The translations under genes were made by a program, and so were the position numbers. Below, one piece after another: positions 1 to 9,704 of a stretch of DNA of 64,000 bases. The notes under the pieces were generated by a model, which saw nothing but the letters and a program-made list of their open reading frames with translations, did no database searches and was not told the DNA's origin. How positions within the stretch are numbered: the first letter of the stretch is position 1; each line of letters begins with the position of its first letter. The DNA is from an uncultured Gaiellaceae bacterium. Lineage in GTDB: Bacteria > Actinomycetota > Thermoleophilia > Gaiellales > Gaiellaceae. Location of the stretch: NCBI GenBank assembly GCA_963806955.1, contig CAWDZG010000002.1, positions 528,821-592,820 on the forward strand, given 5' to 3'.

Positions 1-13
1 GAGCGCTGTTCGC

Positions 14-928
14 ATGAGCGTCCTCGTCCTTTCCGAGCACGACGTCCGCGAGCTCCTGACGATGGAGGAGTGCATCGAGGCGATGGCGAGCGTGCTCGCG
101 CAACTCGGGCGCGGCGAGCTGCACCAGCCGCTGCGTTCGATGACGCGCGCCCCCGACGGCGCCAGCCTGATGGGGCTGATGCCCGCACGGCGCGGCGGCC
201 AGGACGCGGCCTGGTCCCTGAAGGAGATCGTGGTCGTCCCGGACAACCCGACGCGGGGGCTCGACCCCCACCAGGGTGCCGTCCTCCTCCACGACGGCGC
301 GACCGGCGAGCTGCGCGCTGTGCTGAACGCGTCGCCGATCACCGAGATCCGGACCGCCGCCGTCTCGGCCGTCGCGAGCCGAGCCCTTGCACGGCCCGGC
401 GCCGCGGTGGTCGCGGTCCTCGGCGGCGGCATCCAGGCGCGCTCGCACGCTGCCGCGATGCAGGCCGTCTTCCCCGAGGCCGAGCTTCGCACCTGGACCC
501 GCTCCGACGGCACCACACCTGAGGCCGTTCTCGACGGCGCCGACGTCGTCTGCACCTGCACGAGCGCGCGCGAGCCGATCCTCCGCCGCGACTGGCTCGC
601 GACCGGCGCTCACGTGAACGCGGTCGGCTCGAGCATCCCGACGGCCCGCGAGCTCGACACCGACACGATGACCGCAGCGACGATCTTCGTCGACCGCCGC
701 GAGTCGGCGCTGAACGAGGCGGGCGACCTGCTGCTGGCCGGTCTCGGCGAGGCCGCGATCGCGGCCGAGGTCGGCGAGGTGCTGGCCGGCGCACATCCGG
801 GCCGCGCCACCGACGACGAGCTGACCGTGTTCAAGTCGCTCGGACTCGCCGTCGAAGATCTCGCCGCCGCCGAGCTCGTCGTGCGGAAGGCACGCGGCGA
901 GGGCCGGGGCACCGAGGTCGAGTTCTGA
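14..928 (+). CDS. ornithine cyclodeaminase / mu-crystallin family protein
   Basis: 304-aa ORF. The N-terminus LSEHDVRELLTMEECIEAMASVL and the Rossmann stretch VAVLGGGIQARSH are typical of the OCD/mu-crystallin family. Third-position G+C is high, as in other genes here. Confidence 0.85.
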   Translation: MSVLVLSEHDVRELLTMEECIEAMASVLAQLGRGELHQPLRSMTRAPDGASLMGLMPARRGGQDAAWSLKEIVVVPDNPTRGLDPHQGAVLLHDGATGELRAVLNASPITEIRTAAVSAVASRALARPGAAVVAVLGGGIQARSHAAAMQAVFPEAELRTWTRSDGTTPEAVLDGADVVCTCTSAREPILRRDWLATGAHVNAVGSSIPTARELDTDTMTAATIFVDRRESALNEAGDLLLAGLGEAAIAAEVGEVLAGAHPGRATDDELTVFKSLGLAVEDLAAAELVVRKARGEGRGTEVEF

Positions 929-978
929 TCCCACTCGCCGAGATCGAGCGGGCCCGCGCGACCATCGCCGGCGCTGCC

Positions 979-1872
979 GTGCGCACGCCGCTCGTCCGCC
1001 TGCCCGTCGACGGCCCCACCGAGATCTGGCTCAAGCTGGAGAACCTGCAGCCGATCGGCTCGTTCAAGATCCGCGGCGCCGTGAACGCGATCCGGCAGGC
1101 GTCCCCGGCCGAGGTGCGCGGCGGTGTCGTCACTGCGAGCGCCGGCAACATGGCGCAAGGCGTTGCCTGGGCGGCGCGCGAGCTCGGCGTGCCGGCGACG
1201 ATCGTGGCACCTGAGCACGCGCCGCAGACGAAGCTCGACGCGATCGAGCGGCTCGGCGGCACCGTCGTCAAGGTGCCCTACGAGCGCTGGTGGGAGATCA
1301 TGGTCGCCGCCCGCTACGAGGAGGCCGACGGTCTCTTCGTCCACCCCGTCCAGGACGAGCGCGTGATGGCAGGCAACGGCACGATCGGGCTCGAGCTCGC
1401 CGAGGACGCACCGGACGCCGACGCGGTGATCGTCCCCTGGGGCGGCGGCGGGCTCTTCACCGGGATCGCGAGTGCCGTGTCCGCGCTGCTCCCGGACGTG
1501 AAGCTGTACGCGGCCGAGCCGGAGTCCGCCGCGGCCGTCACTGCGGCGCTCGCCGCCGGCGGGCCTGCGGAAGCTGCCTACGCTGCGTCGTTCGTCGACG
1601 GCGCGGGCGCGAGGACCGTGCTCCCGCAGATGTGGGAGCGGGCCCGGCCACTGCTCGCCGGCTCCTGCGTCGTCTCGCTCGACGACACGGCCGCGGCCGT
1701 GCGCCTGCTCGCCGAGCGGGCACGGATCGTTGCGGAGGGGGCCGGCGCGCTCGCGGTGGCAGCGGCGCTCGCCGGCCGGGTGCCCGGGCACAAGCTCGTC
1801 TGCATCGTCTCCGGCGGCAACATCGACGCGTCGCGACTGGCCACCATCCTCGGCGGCGCGACGCCCGACTAG
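979..1872 (+). CDS. PLP-dependent threonine/serine dehydratase (fold type II)
   Basis: Has the PLP-lysine motif LENLQPIGSFKIRGA, plus SAGNMAQG and PWGGGGL. Family-like sequence (IPLAEIERARATIAGAA) continues upstream to about 925, where only a CTG is in frame, so the true start is uncertain. Confidence 0.85.
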   Translation: MRTPLVRLPVDGPTEIWLKLENLQPIGSFKIRGAVNAIRQASPAEVRGGVVTASAGNMAQGVAWAARELGVPATIVAPEHAPQTKLDAIERLGGTVVKVPYERWWEIMVAARYEEADGLFVHPVQDERVMAGNGTIGLELAEDAPDADAVIVPWGGGGLFTGIASAVSALLPDVKLYAAEPESAAAVTAALAAGGPAEAAYAASFVDGAGARTVLPQMWERARPLLAGSCVVSLDDTAAAVRLLAERARIVAEGAGALAVAAALAGRVPGHKLVCIVSGGNIDASRLATILGGATPD

Positions 1873-1875
1873 GCG

Positions 1876-2680
1876 CTACGCGGCTTCGTACAGGTCGAGC
1901 TGGTCCTTCAGCTTGCGGCGGATCCCGGCCAGGATCTGAGACACCCGCGACTCGCTGACGCCGAGCATGCGGCCGATCTCGGCTCCGGGCACCTCCTGCA
2001 CGTGCACGAGCGCAAGGATGTGGCGTTCCCGCTCCGAGAGGCGCCCGATCGCCGAGCGGACGGCGTCGTTGCGGTCGGAGTTCAGGAGCGCCGGCTCGGG
2101 GTGGATTCCTGTCTGCGGAGCCTCGATCGTCTCGCCGAGCTCGACCGGAGCCGAGTCGTCGGTGCCGCCCGCCGGTGCGTTCAGCGAGGCCACGTCCGAG
2201 CGGTCGAGATCCTCCAGCGTCGCGTGCAACTCGGCGAGCGTCGTCCCCAGCTCGGCGGCGAGCTCGAGCTCGGTCGGCACCGTGCCGTTGCGGGCGAAGA
2301 ACGAATCACGAGCCCGCTCGATCCGGCGACCCTCACGGCGAACCGAGCGTGACGCCCAGTCCTGCCGGCGCAGCTCGTCGACGAGTGCGCCGGCGACGCG
2401 CGTCCAGGCGTACTGCTCGAAGCCCGCGCCCTTCGCCGGGTCGAAGCGGTCGATCGCCTCCATCAGGGCGAGCGAGGCCGGCCGAGGCGAGATCGTCGAG
2501 CTCGCAGTGCGCCGGCAGCTCCCGCACCTTCCGGGAGGCGATGTAGCGAACCATCGGGGCGTACGCGAGCACCAGCCGGTCACGGGAGCGAACGTCTCGA
2601 TGCTCCTTCCAGTTGCGCCAGAGACCTTCCGCCTCCGAGGCGGTGAGCCGCTGCGTTGCATTCGTGAGAGTGACCGACAT
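1876..2680 (-). pseudogene. FliA/WhiG-type (group 3) RNA polymerase sigma factor, interrupted by one frameshift near 2475
   Basis: The N-terminal part (MSVTL...VRYIASRKVRELPAHCELDDLASAGL) lies in frame 2333..2680. It continues as ALMEAIDRFDPAKGAGFEQYAWTRVAGALVDELRRQDWASRSVRR...LGVSESRVSQILAGIRRKL in the 1876.. frame. Regions 2, 3 and 4 are recognisable. Confidence 0.7.
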
Positions 2681-2804
2681 GGGTGAAGCCTCCGCAGATA
2701 GGTGAGCAAAGGTGCCGCTACCTCCCTATCGGGTCGACTTTCGCCCGAGCACGATTCCCCCCAGCGGTCTGCCGCCATCCCCGATTCGGGTGACGCGGTC
2801 CCCC

Positions 2805-3449
2805 TCAGGAGGGCCGGACGGTGCCGGCGTAGCGGAACCCGAGCGCCCGGATCGCGCCCGCGTCGACGAGCGCCTGCTCGAGCACCTCGGTCGCGACGCC
2901 GCCGAGGTGGCGGTAGAGATGCGGCGCCCAGATGAACGCGCGCTCCTCGAACCGCTCGTCCAGCTCGCGCCGGAGCGCGACGTAGCCGTGCAAGCCGAGG
3001 TGCGATGACTCCCACTCCTCGCGCACCGCCTCGGCCGACGCGGGCTCCTCGCCCCGGCCGGCGGCCGCGAGCGCGCGACGCTGCCCGTAGAGCCAGTCCA
3101 GCGTGGCCTCGTCGGCGAGGTCCCAGCCGAGCTCGTCGACGACGATCCGGCCGCCGGGCTCGAGCAGGGCGACGATCCGGTCGAGCGCGGCGTCGAGATC
3201 GCGGACGTGGTGGAGCGAGTGCGAGGCGACGACGGAGCCGAACGGCCCGTCCTCCGGGGTGACGTCCTCGAGGCGGATCCGGCGGAAGCGCGCGCCCTGG
3301 GGCGCGTTCGGATCGATCCCGATCGCGTCGTAGCCGGCCGTGGCGAGCGCCGTCGTCAGCTCGCCCTGCCCACAGCCGACGTCGAGCACCCGCAGCGGCG
3401 GGGGCGGCAGGTGCTCGCGGAGGAAGTCGAGGAACGTAGATTGGGACAC
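2805..3449 (-). CDS. class I SAM-dependent methyltransferase
   Basis: Motif I VLDVGCGQGELT and post-I DAIGIDP are present. A GTG start at 3449 (VSQSTFLDFLRE) is preferred over the upstream Arg-rich extension of the ORF. Confidence 0.8.
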   Translation of the reverse strand: MSQSTFLDFLREHLPPPPLRVLDVGCGQGELTTALATAGYDAIGIDPNAPQGARFRRIRLEDVTPEDGPFGSVVASHSLHHVRDLDAALDRIVALLEPGGRIVVDELGWDLADEATLDWLYGQRRALAAAGRGEEPASAEAVREEWESSHLGLHGYVALRRELDERFEERAFIWAPHLYRHLGGVATEVLEQALVDAGAIRALGFRYAGTVRPS

Positions 3450-3450
3450 G

Positions 3451-4473
3451 ATGCTGGAGACTACGGGCCGCGCCGTGAAGGTGAGCCTCGAGGAGGCGCG
3501 GCGGATCGCCGTGCGGGCGCAGGCGCTCGACGGCTCCGCGCACCGGCGTGCTCGAGACCGTGCGCCGGCTCGGCTTTCTCCAGATCGACGTCGTCGCACC
3601 CGTCGAGCGGCCGCAGCACCTCGTCCTCTTCAGCCGGCTCGGCCCCGGCTACGACCGAGCCGAGCTCGCCCGGCTGCTCTGGGAGGAGCGGTCGCTGTTC
3701 GAGTTCGACGCGTTCGTCTACCCGATCGAGGACCTGCCGCTGATCCGCGCTCGGATCCGCGAACTTCCGCCGCTCACGGCACTACAAGAGCGAGCGCTGG
3801 GTCGCGCGAGTTCCTGACCGAGAACGCGGCCTTCCGCCGCTACGTCCTGCGCGAGCTGGAGCGGAACGGGCCGCTGCTCTCGCGCGACTTCGAGGACCGC
3901 GCCAAGGGCGAGAAGCGCGACCACCGCTGGTGGGGCAAGCGGATGGTCGGGCTGATGCTGCTCTCGCTGCACAAATACGGGGAGATCACCGTCGTCGGCC
4001 GCCGCGGCGGCGAGCGGCTCTGGGATCTGACCGCCCGCTGGTGGCCCGAAGACCGAGACGGTGTCGATCCGCGACGCCGAGCGCGATCCGGGCCGAGCAG
4101 CGCTTCGCGAGCCAGGGCGTGCGGCTCGTCAAGGGCCAGTGGGAGGCGCATCCCGCCGCGACCGACGGCCCCGTCCCGGACCGCGCCGTGCTCCTCTCCC
4201 CCTTCGACCGGCTCGTCTACGACCGCGACCGCGCCGAGGCGCTCTGGGACTTCCGCTACCGGCTGGAGATGTTCGTGCCGAAGGCGAAGCGGGAGTACGG
4301 CTACTACGTGCTGCCGCTGCTCGTCGGCGACGCCGTCGTCGGCCGTGCCGAGCCGCGCTTCGACCGGAAGACGGGGACGCTCGAGCTGCTCGGCGCCTGG
4401 GGCGACACCTCCCGCCTCGATGAGGCGCTCGACGACCTCGCCGCCTGGCTGGGCGCCGGTACGATCAGCTCGT
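3451..4473 (+). pseudogene. YcaQ-family (DUF1006) winged-helix DNA glycosylase-like gene, at least five frameshifts and no stop codon
   Basis: Family-like segments are spread over three frames: MLETTGRAVKVSLEEARRIAVRAQALDG; VLETVRRLGFLQIDVVAPVERPQHLVLFSRLG; HYKSERWVA; REFLTENAAFRRYVLRELERNGPLL; FDRLVYDRDRAEALWDFRYRLEMFVPKAKREYGYYVLPLLVGDAVVGR. Shifts fall near 3540, 3775, 3806, 4060-4085. The last frame runs into the next gene with no stop. Confidence 0.6.
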
Positions 4474-5619
4474 ATGGACTTCGAGACGCGAGCGATCCAC
4501 GACGGGCAGGAGCCCGACCCGGCGACCGGCGCGATCATCACGCCGATCTACCAGACGTCGACCTTCGTGCAGGAGGCGGTCGGCGTGCACAAGGGCTACG
4601 ACTACGCGCGCGTCGCCAACCCGACCCGCACGGCGCTGCAGACGGCGCTGGCCTCGCTCGAGAACGCCGAGCACGGGATCGCATTCTCCTCCGGGCTCGG
4701 CGCGACGACGACGCTGATGCACCTCGTCAACCCGGGGGAGAAGGTCGTCCTGATCGCCGACGTGTACGGCGGCGTCTACCGGATGACGTCACAGGTCTAC
4801 GAGCCGAAGGGCTACCTCTTCGACTACGTGCCGGCCGCGGAGTTCGCGCACCTGGCCGACCGGCTCGACGAGCAGGTGCGCATGGTCTGGATCGAGAGCC
4901 CGTCGAACCCGATGCTGAACGTCGTCGACATCCGCGCTGCCGCCGACGCGGCGCACGCGGTCGGCGCGATCCTCGTCGTCGACAACACCTTCGCGAGCCC
5001 GTACCTGCAGAACCCGCTCGACCTCGGCGCGGACGTCGTCCTCCACTCGACCACCAAGTACCTCGGCGGCCACTCCGACGTCGTCGGCGGCTTCGTCGGG
5101 ACGAACGACCCGACGATCGCGGAGCGCCTCTACTTCCTGCAGAAGTCGCTCGGCGCCGTCCCCGGGCCGTTCGACTCCTGGCTCGTCCTGCGCGGGATCA
5201 AGACACTGGCCGTCCGGATGCGGCAGCACTGCGAGAACGCCCGCGCGATCGCCGGCTGGCTCGTCGAGCAGCCGGGCGTCGAGCAGGTGCTCTACCCCGG
5301 CCTCCCCTCCCATCCCGGGCACGAGATCGCCAAGCGGCAGATGCGCGACTTCGGCGGGATGATCTCGTTCCTCGTCGACACCGAGGAGACGGCGGTCGAC
5401 CTCGTCGCGAGGACGAAGCTCTTCCAGCTCGCCGAGTCGCTCGGCGGCGTCGAGAGCATGATCGAGCACCCGGCGCGGATGACCCATGCGTCGACCGCGG
5501 ACGCGCCCTTCGCGGCGCCGCGCAACCTCGTCCGCCTCTCCGTCGGGATCGAGTCGGTGGACGACCTGGTCGCGGACCTCGAGGCGGCGCTCGTCCCCAC
5601 CGCCGCACACGCCAAGTAA
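4474..5619 (+). CDS. Cys/Met-metabolism PLP enzyme (cystathionine gamma-synthase/gamma-lyase family)
   Basis: ATG at 4474. MDFETRAIHDGQ...TPIYQTSTF, the PLP-lysine context HSTTKYLGGHSD and ESLGGVES are hallmarks of the family. Confidence 0.9.
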   Translation: MDFETRAIHDGQEPDPATGAIITPIYQTSTFVQEAVGVHKGYDYARVANPTRTALQTALASLENAEHGIAFSSGLGATTTLMHLVNPGEKVVLIADVYGGVYRMTSQVYEPKGYLFDYVPAAEFAHLADRLDEQVRMVWIESPSNPMLNVVDIRAAADAAHAVGAILVVDNTFASPYLQNPLDLGADVVLHSTTKYLGGHSDVVGGFVGTNDPTIAERLYFLQKSLGAVPGPFDSWLVLRGIKTLAVRMRQHCENARAIAGWLVEQPGVEQVLYPGLPSHPGHEIAKRQMRDFGGMISFLVDTEETAVDLVARTKLFQLAESLGGVESMIEHPARMTHASTADAPFAAPRNLVRLSVGIESVDDLVADLEAALVPTAAHAK

Positions 5620-5668
5620 CAGACTGTTACTTGGACGAGCGCGCGCCGATCGACTTGCTCCACGGGGC

Positions 5669-6475
5669 GTGCCCCGCACGATCGGGGTGTACCTCCTGGA
5701 CACGTCCGAGGGTCTGGCCCTCTTCGACTGCGGCCCGTCCTCGTGCCTGGCGGCGCTCAAAGCGGGGCTCGCCGCGCGCGGCGTCGCGCTCGGCGACGTG
5801 AAGCACCTGCTGCTCTCGCACATCCATCTCGACCACGCCGGCGCCGCCGGAAGCCTCGTCCGCGAGCAGCCGGAGCTGCAGGTGTGGGTCTCCGAGGTCG
5901 GCGCGCCGCACCTCGTCGACCCGTCCCGGCTCGAGCGGAGCGCGCGGCGGCTGTACGGCGAGACGTTCGACGGGCTCTGGGGCGAGCTCGCGCCGGTACC
6001 GGAGGAGAACGTCCGGATCGCCGAGGGCCGCGTCGCCGGGCTCGAGGTCTTCCCCAGTCCCGGCCATGCCTCGCACCACGTCTGCTACTTCGACGGCTCG
6101 ACCCTCTACGCCGGCGACGCCGCCGGCGTTCGCATCCAGCCGAGCCGCGTCGTGTTGCCCCCGACGCCGCCGCCGGACGTCGACGTCGAGGCCTGGTACC
6201 GGACACTCGAGGCAGATCGAGCGCCGCGCTCCCGAAGCGGCTCGCGCTGATCCACTTCGGCGCCGCCGACGACGTCTCCCGCCACCTCGCCGAGCTCCGA
6301 GGGAGCCTGGACACCTGGGCGGGACGCGTCCGAACGGGGAGCGAGCGAGGACGAGTTCGTCGCCGCCGCGAAGGCCGACCTGCCGCCGGAGGAGGCCGAC
6401 GACTACGACCGAGCGATGCCGTTCTGGCAGTCCTACGCGGGGCTGAAGCGCTACTGGGACACCCGTGCGGCGTAG
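5669..6475 (+). pseudogene. MBL-fold metallo-hydrolase, about three single-base frameshifts
   Basis: Carries the HxHxDH motif SHIHLDHAG and SPGHASHH. The reading path is frame 2 to about 6211, QIERRAPE in frame 0, RLALIHFGAADDV in frame 1, then EDEFVAAAKADL...YWDTRAA back in frame 2, ending at TAG 6473-6475. Confidence 0.6.
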
Positions 6476-7706
6476 CGGCGCGCCGCTGCGGGAGCGAGAG
6501 TTCCGCCTCCTCTTCACCGGCCGCACGATCTCGCTCGTCGGTAATGCGATCGCGCCGGTCGCGCTCGCGTTCGCGGTCATCGACCTCACCGGCTCGAAGA
6601 CCGACCTCGGTCTGATCCTCGCCTGCCGCGAGATCCCGCTCGTCCTCTTCCTCCTCGTCGGCGGGATCTTGGCCGACCGGTTGCCGCGGAACAAGGTGAT
6701 GATGAGCGCGAACGTCGTCAGCGGCTTTGCTCAGGCGTGCACGGCGGCACTCCTCATCGCCGGCCATGCTGAGGTCTGGCACCTCGCCGCGCTCGCGGCC
6801 GTCAACGGCGGCGCGTCGGCGTTCTTCTTCCCGGCCTCGGCGGGCGTGATCCCGCAGACCGTGCCGGCGCCGATCCTGCAGCAGGCCAACGCCCTGCTCG
6901 CGCTGGCCATGAACTCGGCGCTGATCGGCGGCGCCGCGCTCGGTGGGTTCCTCGTCGCCGCGGTCGGGCCCGGCTGGGCGATCGCGGTCGACGCAGGCAC
7001 CTACCTGCTCGGCGCGGCCTTCGTGGCGCTGATGCGGGTGCCGGCCGTCGCGCCGGACGAGGCGCCGCGCTTCCTCTCCGACCTCGCCGCCGGTTGGCGG
7101 GAGTTCCGCAGCCGCACCTGGCTCTGGGTGATCGTGCTCCAGTTCTCGCTCCTCTTGATGGTGACGATGGGCGCGTTCAGCGTGCTCGGGCCGGTGATCG
7201 CGGACGACCGCCTGGGCGGCGCGCGCGCCTGGGGGCTGATCCTCACTGCGCAGGGCGCGGGTCTCGTCGCAGGCGGGCTGCTCGGCCTCCGCTTCCGCCC
7301 GCGCCGGATGCTCGTCGCGGCGACGCTCGGCATCCTCCTCATCCCGGCGCCGCTGCTCGCGCTCAGCTTCCCGGTGGGCGTCCTCGCGATCGCGGCAGCC
7401 GCATTCGTGGCCGGAGTCGGGATCGAGGTGTTCGGCCTGCTCTGGCATACGACGATGCAGCAGGAGATCCCGGCCGACAAGCTCTCGCGCGTCTACTCCT
7501 TCGACGCGCTCGGCTCGATCGGGCTCGTCCCGGTCGGGTATGCGCTCGCGGGGCCCGTGGCCGAGGCGATCGGCGTCCGCGCGACCCTCTGGGGCGCGGC
7601 CGCGATCGGGATCGGCGTCACGCTCGCCGTCCTCGCGTCGCGGGACGTGCGCACGCTCGAGCGGCGGGTCACGCCCAGCCGGTCACCAGCCAGCGCCGGC
7701 CCCTGA
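6465..7706 (+). CDS. MFS transporter
   Basis: 413 aa with about 12 hydrophobic segments. The REFRLLFTGRTISLVGNAIAPVALAFAV start is typical of actinobacterial MFS exporters. Confidence 0.8.
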   Translation: MRRSGAPLREREFRLLFTGRTISLVGNAIAPVALAFAVIDLTGSKTDLGLILACREIPLVLFLLVGGILADRLPRNKVMMSANVVSGFAQACTAALLIAGHAEVWHLAALAAVNGGASAFFFPASAGVIPQTVPAPILQQANALLALAMNSALIGGAALGGFLVAAVGPGWAIAVDAGTYLLGAAFVALMRVPAVAPDEAPRFLSDLAAGWREFRSRTWLWVIVLQFSLLLMVTMGAFSVLGPVIADDRLGGARAWGLILTAQGAGLVAGGLLGLRFRPRRMLVAATLGILLIPAPLLALSFPVGVLAIAAAAFVAGVGIEVFGLLWHTTMQQEIPADKLSRVYSFDALGSIGLVPVGYALAGPVAEAIGVRATLWGAAAIGIGVTLAVLASRDVRTLERRVTPSRSPASAGP

Positions 7707-8970
7707 AACGCGCCAGCATCAGCACGAGCCGCACGGCGATCAGGACGACGAGCGCGGCCCAGACGCCGGCGATCCCCCAGTCGAAGACGTAGGCGGCGAG
7801 CGCGACCGCGGCCGAGACGACGAACGCCACCACCATCGAGCCGGCGAGGTACGGACCGTCGCCGGCGCCGATCAGGATCCCGTCGAGGGCGAACACGGCG
7901 CCGTTCAGCGGCTGCATCAGCGCGAACAGGAGCCAGATCGCCCCGGCGCGCTCGAGCACGAGCGCGTCGCTCGTGAAGATCCGCGGCAGCAGCGGCTCGA
8001 GCAGGAGCAGGAGGCCGGCGAACGCGAGGCCCGCGTAGACCGAGAGCCAGATCATCCGTACGCTCGCCGCGTACGCCCGCTCGGTGTCGCCCGCGCCGAG
8101 GCCGCGGCCGACGAGCACCTGGCCGGCGATCGCAATCGAGTCGAGCACGAGCGCGAGGAAGATCCAGAGCTGGAACGCGATCTGGTGCGCGGCGATCGAC
8201 GCGTCGCCGAAGCGGGTCACGATTGCCCCGGCAAGCGTGAACGCGCCCATCAGCGCCGCGGTGCGCACGAAGATGTGGCGGCCGACGGTGACGAGCCTGC
8301 GCATCGACGCGAGGTGCGGCCGGAGCCCCGCTCCGGCGCTGCGGGCGATCAGGACGAGGAACGCGACGCCCATCCCTGCCTGCGAGACGGCGGTCGCCCA
8401 GGCAGAGCCGGCGATGCCCCAGTCGAAGCCGTAGACGAAGAGGACGTCGAGGACCGCGTTGACGGCGTTGCCGGCGATCAGGATCACGAGCGGCGTGCGG
8501 AGGTCGGCGATCCCGCGCAGGTAGCCCTGGCCGCCGAGCGCGATGAAGGCGAAGGGCAACCCGAGCGCGGCGATCCGCATGTAGGTGACGGCGTGGCCGG
8601 CGGCCTCGCCCTCACCGCCCATCAGGTCGACGAGTTGCGGCGCCAGCGCGACAACCGCCGCGGCGAGCGCGATCCCGACCCCGAGCGAGAGCCAGACCGC
8701 CTGTCCGCCGAGCCGGCGCGCCGCGGCCTCCTGTCCCGCGCCCGACGCACGCCCGACCTGCGCAGTGGTGCCGTACTGGAGGAAGTTGAAGATCGCGAAC
8801 AGCGCGGTGAGCACCGTGGCCGCGATCCCGAGCGCGGCCAGCTCCGGCCGGCCGAGGTGGCCGACGATCGCCGTGTCGACGAGGATGTAGAGCGGCTCCG
8901 CGGCGAGCGCGCCCAGGGCGGGGACTGCGAGCCGGAGGATCTCGCCGTCGTACTGGCTGCGGAGCCTCAC
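7669..8970 (-). CDS. MATE family efflux transporter (DinF/NorM-like)
   Basis: 433 aa and polytopic. ILRLAVPALGALAAEPLYILVDTAIVGHLG is the typical MATE N-terminus. A GTGA overlap joins it to the upstream SDR gene. Confidence 0.85.
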   Translation of the reverse strand: MRLRSQYDGEILRLAVPALGALAAEPLYILVDTAIVGHLGRPELAALGIAATVLTALFAIFNFLQYGTTAQVGRASGAGQEAAARRLGGQAVWLSLGVGIALAAAVVALAPQLVDLMGGEGEAAGHAVTYMRIAALGLPFAFIALGGQGYLRGIADLRTPLVILIAGNAVNAVLDVLFVYGFDWGIAGSAWATAVSQAGMGVAFLVLIARSAGAGLRPHLASMRRLVTVGRHIFVRTAALMGAFTLAGAIVTRFGDASIAAHQIAFQLWIFLALVLDSIAIAGQVLVGRGLGAGDTERAYAASVRMIWLSVYAGLAFAGLLLLLEPLLPRIFTSDALVLERAGAIWLLFALMQPLNGAVFALDGILIGAGDGPYLAGSMVVAFVVSAAVALAAYVFDWGIAGVWAALVVLIAVRLVLMLARFRGRRWLVTGWA

Positions 8971-9704
8971 TCGTCGCGCAGGATCCGCGCGCCCGAGGAT
9001 TGCGCGAGCGCGGTGACCACGATCTCGTCGACGTTCACGTTCGCCGGCCGTGTCACCGCGAAGAGGACGCAGTCGGCGACGTCTTCCGGCCGCATCGGCC
9101 CACCCAGGGCGACGTTGTCGTACACACGCCGCGCCTGCTGCTCGTCGCCGCGGAAGCGCACGGTCGAGAAGTCGGTCTCGACAAGCCCGGGCGCGACGTT
9201 CGTGACCCTGAGCGGCCGTCCGAGCACGTCCTCCCGCAGGGCGCGCGTGAACCCGTGCACCGCGAACTTCGAGGTCACGTACAGCGACCCGTTCGGGTAC
9301 GCCCAGATCCCGGCCACCGAGCCCATGTTGACGATGTGCCCGCCGTCGCGCAGGTGCGGGAGCGCGAGCCTCGTCATCCGGATCAGCCCGTGCACGTTCG
9401 TCTCGAGGACGATCTCCTCGTCCTCCTCCGTCGACGCGTCGAAGGGATCGCGTCCGAGTGCCAGGCCGGCGTTGTTGACGAGGATGTCGAGCCCACCGAG
9501 CTGCTCGACCGCGGCGGCGGCGAAGCGCTCGCAGCTGGCGACGTCGGTGACGTCGAGCTCGAGCGCGACGTCGGTCTCGAGCCGGTCGACGCGGCGCGCT
9601 CCGCCTGCGACCCGCACGCCCTCGGCTGCGAGCCCACGCGCGATCGCGGCGCCGATCCCGCTCGACGCGCCGGTGACGATCGCGGTCTTCCCCTCCAGCT
9701 TCAC
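8967..9704 (-). CDS. SDR family oxidoreductase
   Basis: TGASSGIG cofactor motif, NNAG, and the catalytic YVTSK. Confidence 0.85.
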   Translation of the reverse strand: MKLEGKTAIVTGASSGIGAAIARGLAAEGVRVAGGARRVDRLETDVALELDVTDVASCERFAAAAVEQLGGLDILVNNAGLALGRDPFDASTEEDEEIVLETNVHGLIRMTRLALPHLRDGGHIVNMGSVAGIWAYPNGSLYVTSKFAVHGFTRALREDVLGRPLRVTNVAPGLVETDFSTVRFRGDEQQARRVYDNVALGGPMRPEDVADCVLFAVTRPANVNVDEIVVTALAQSSGARILRDE

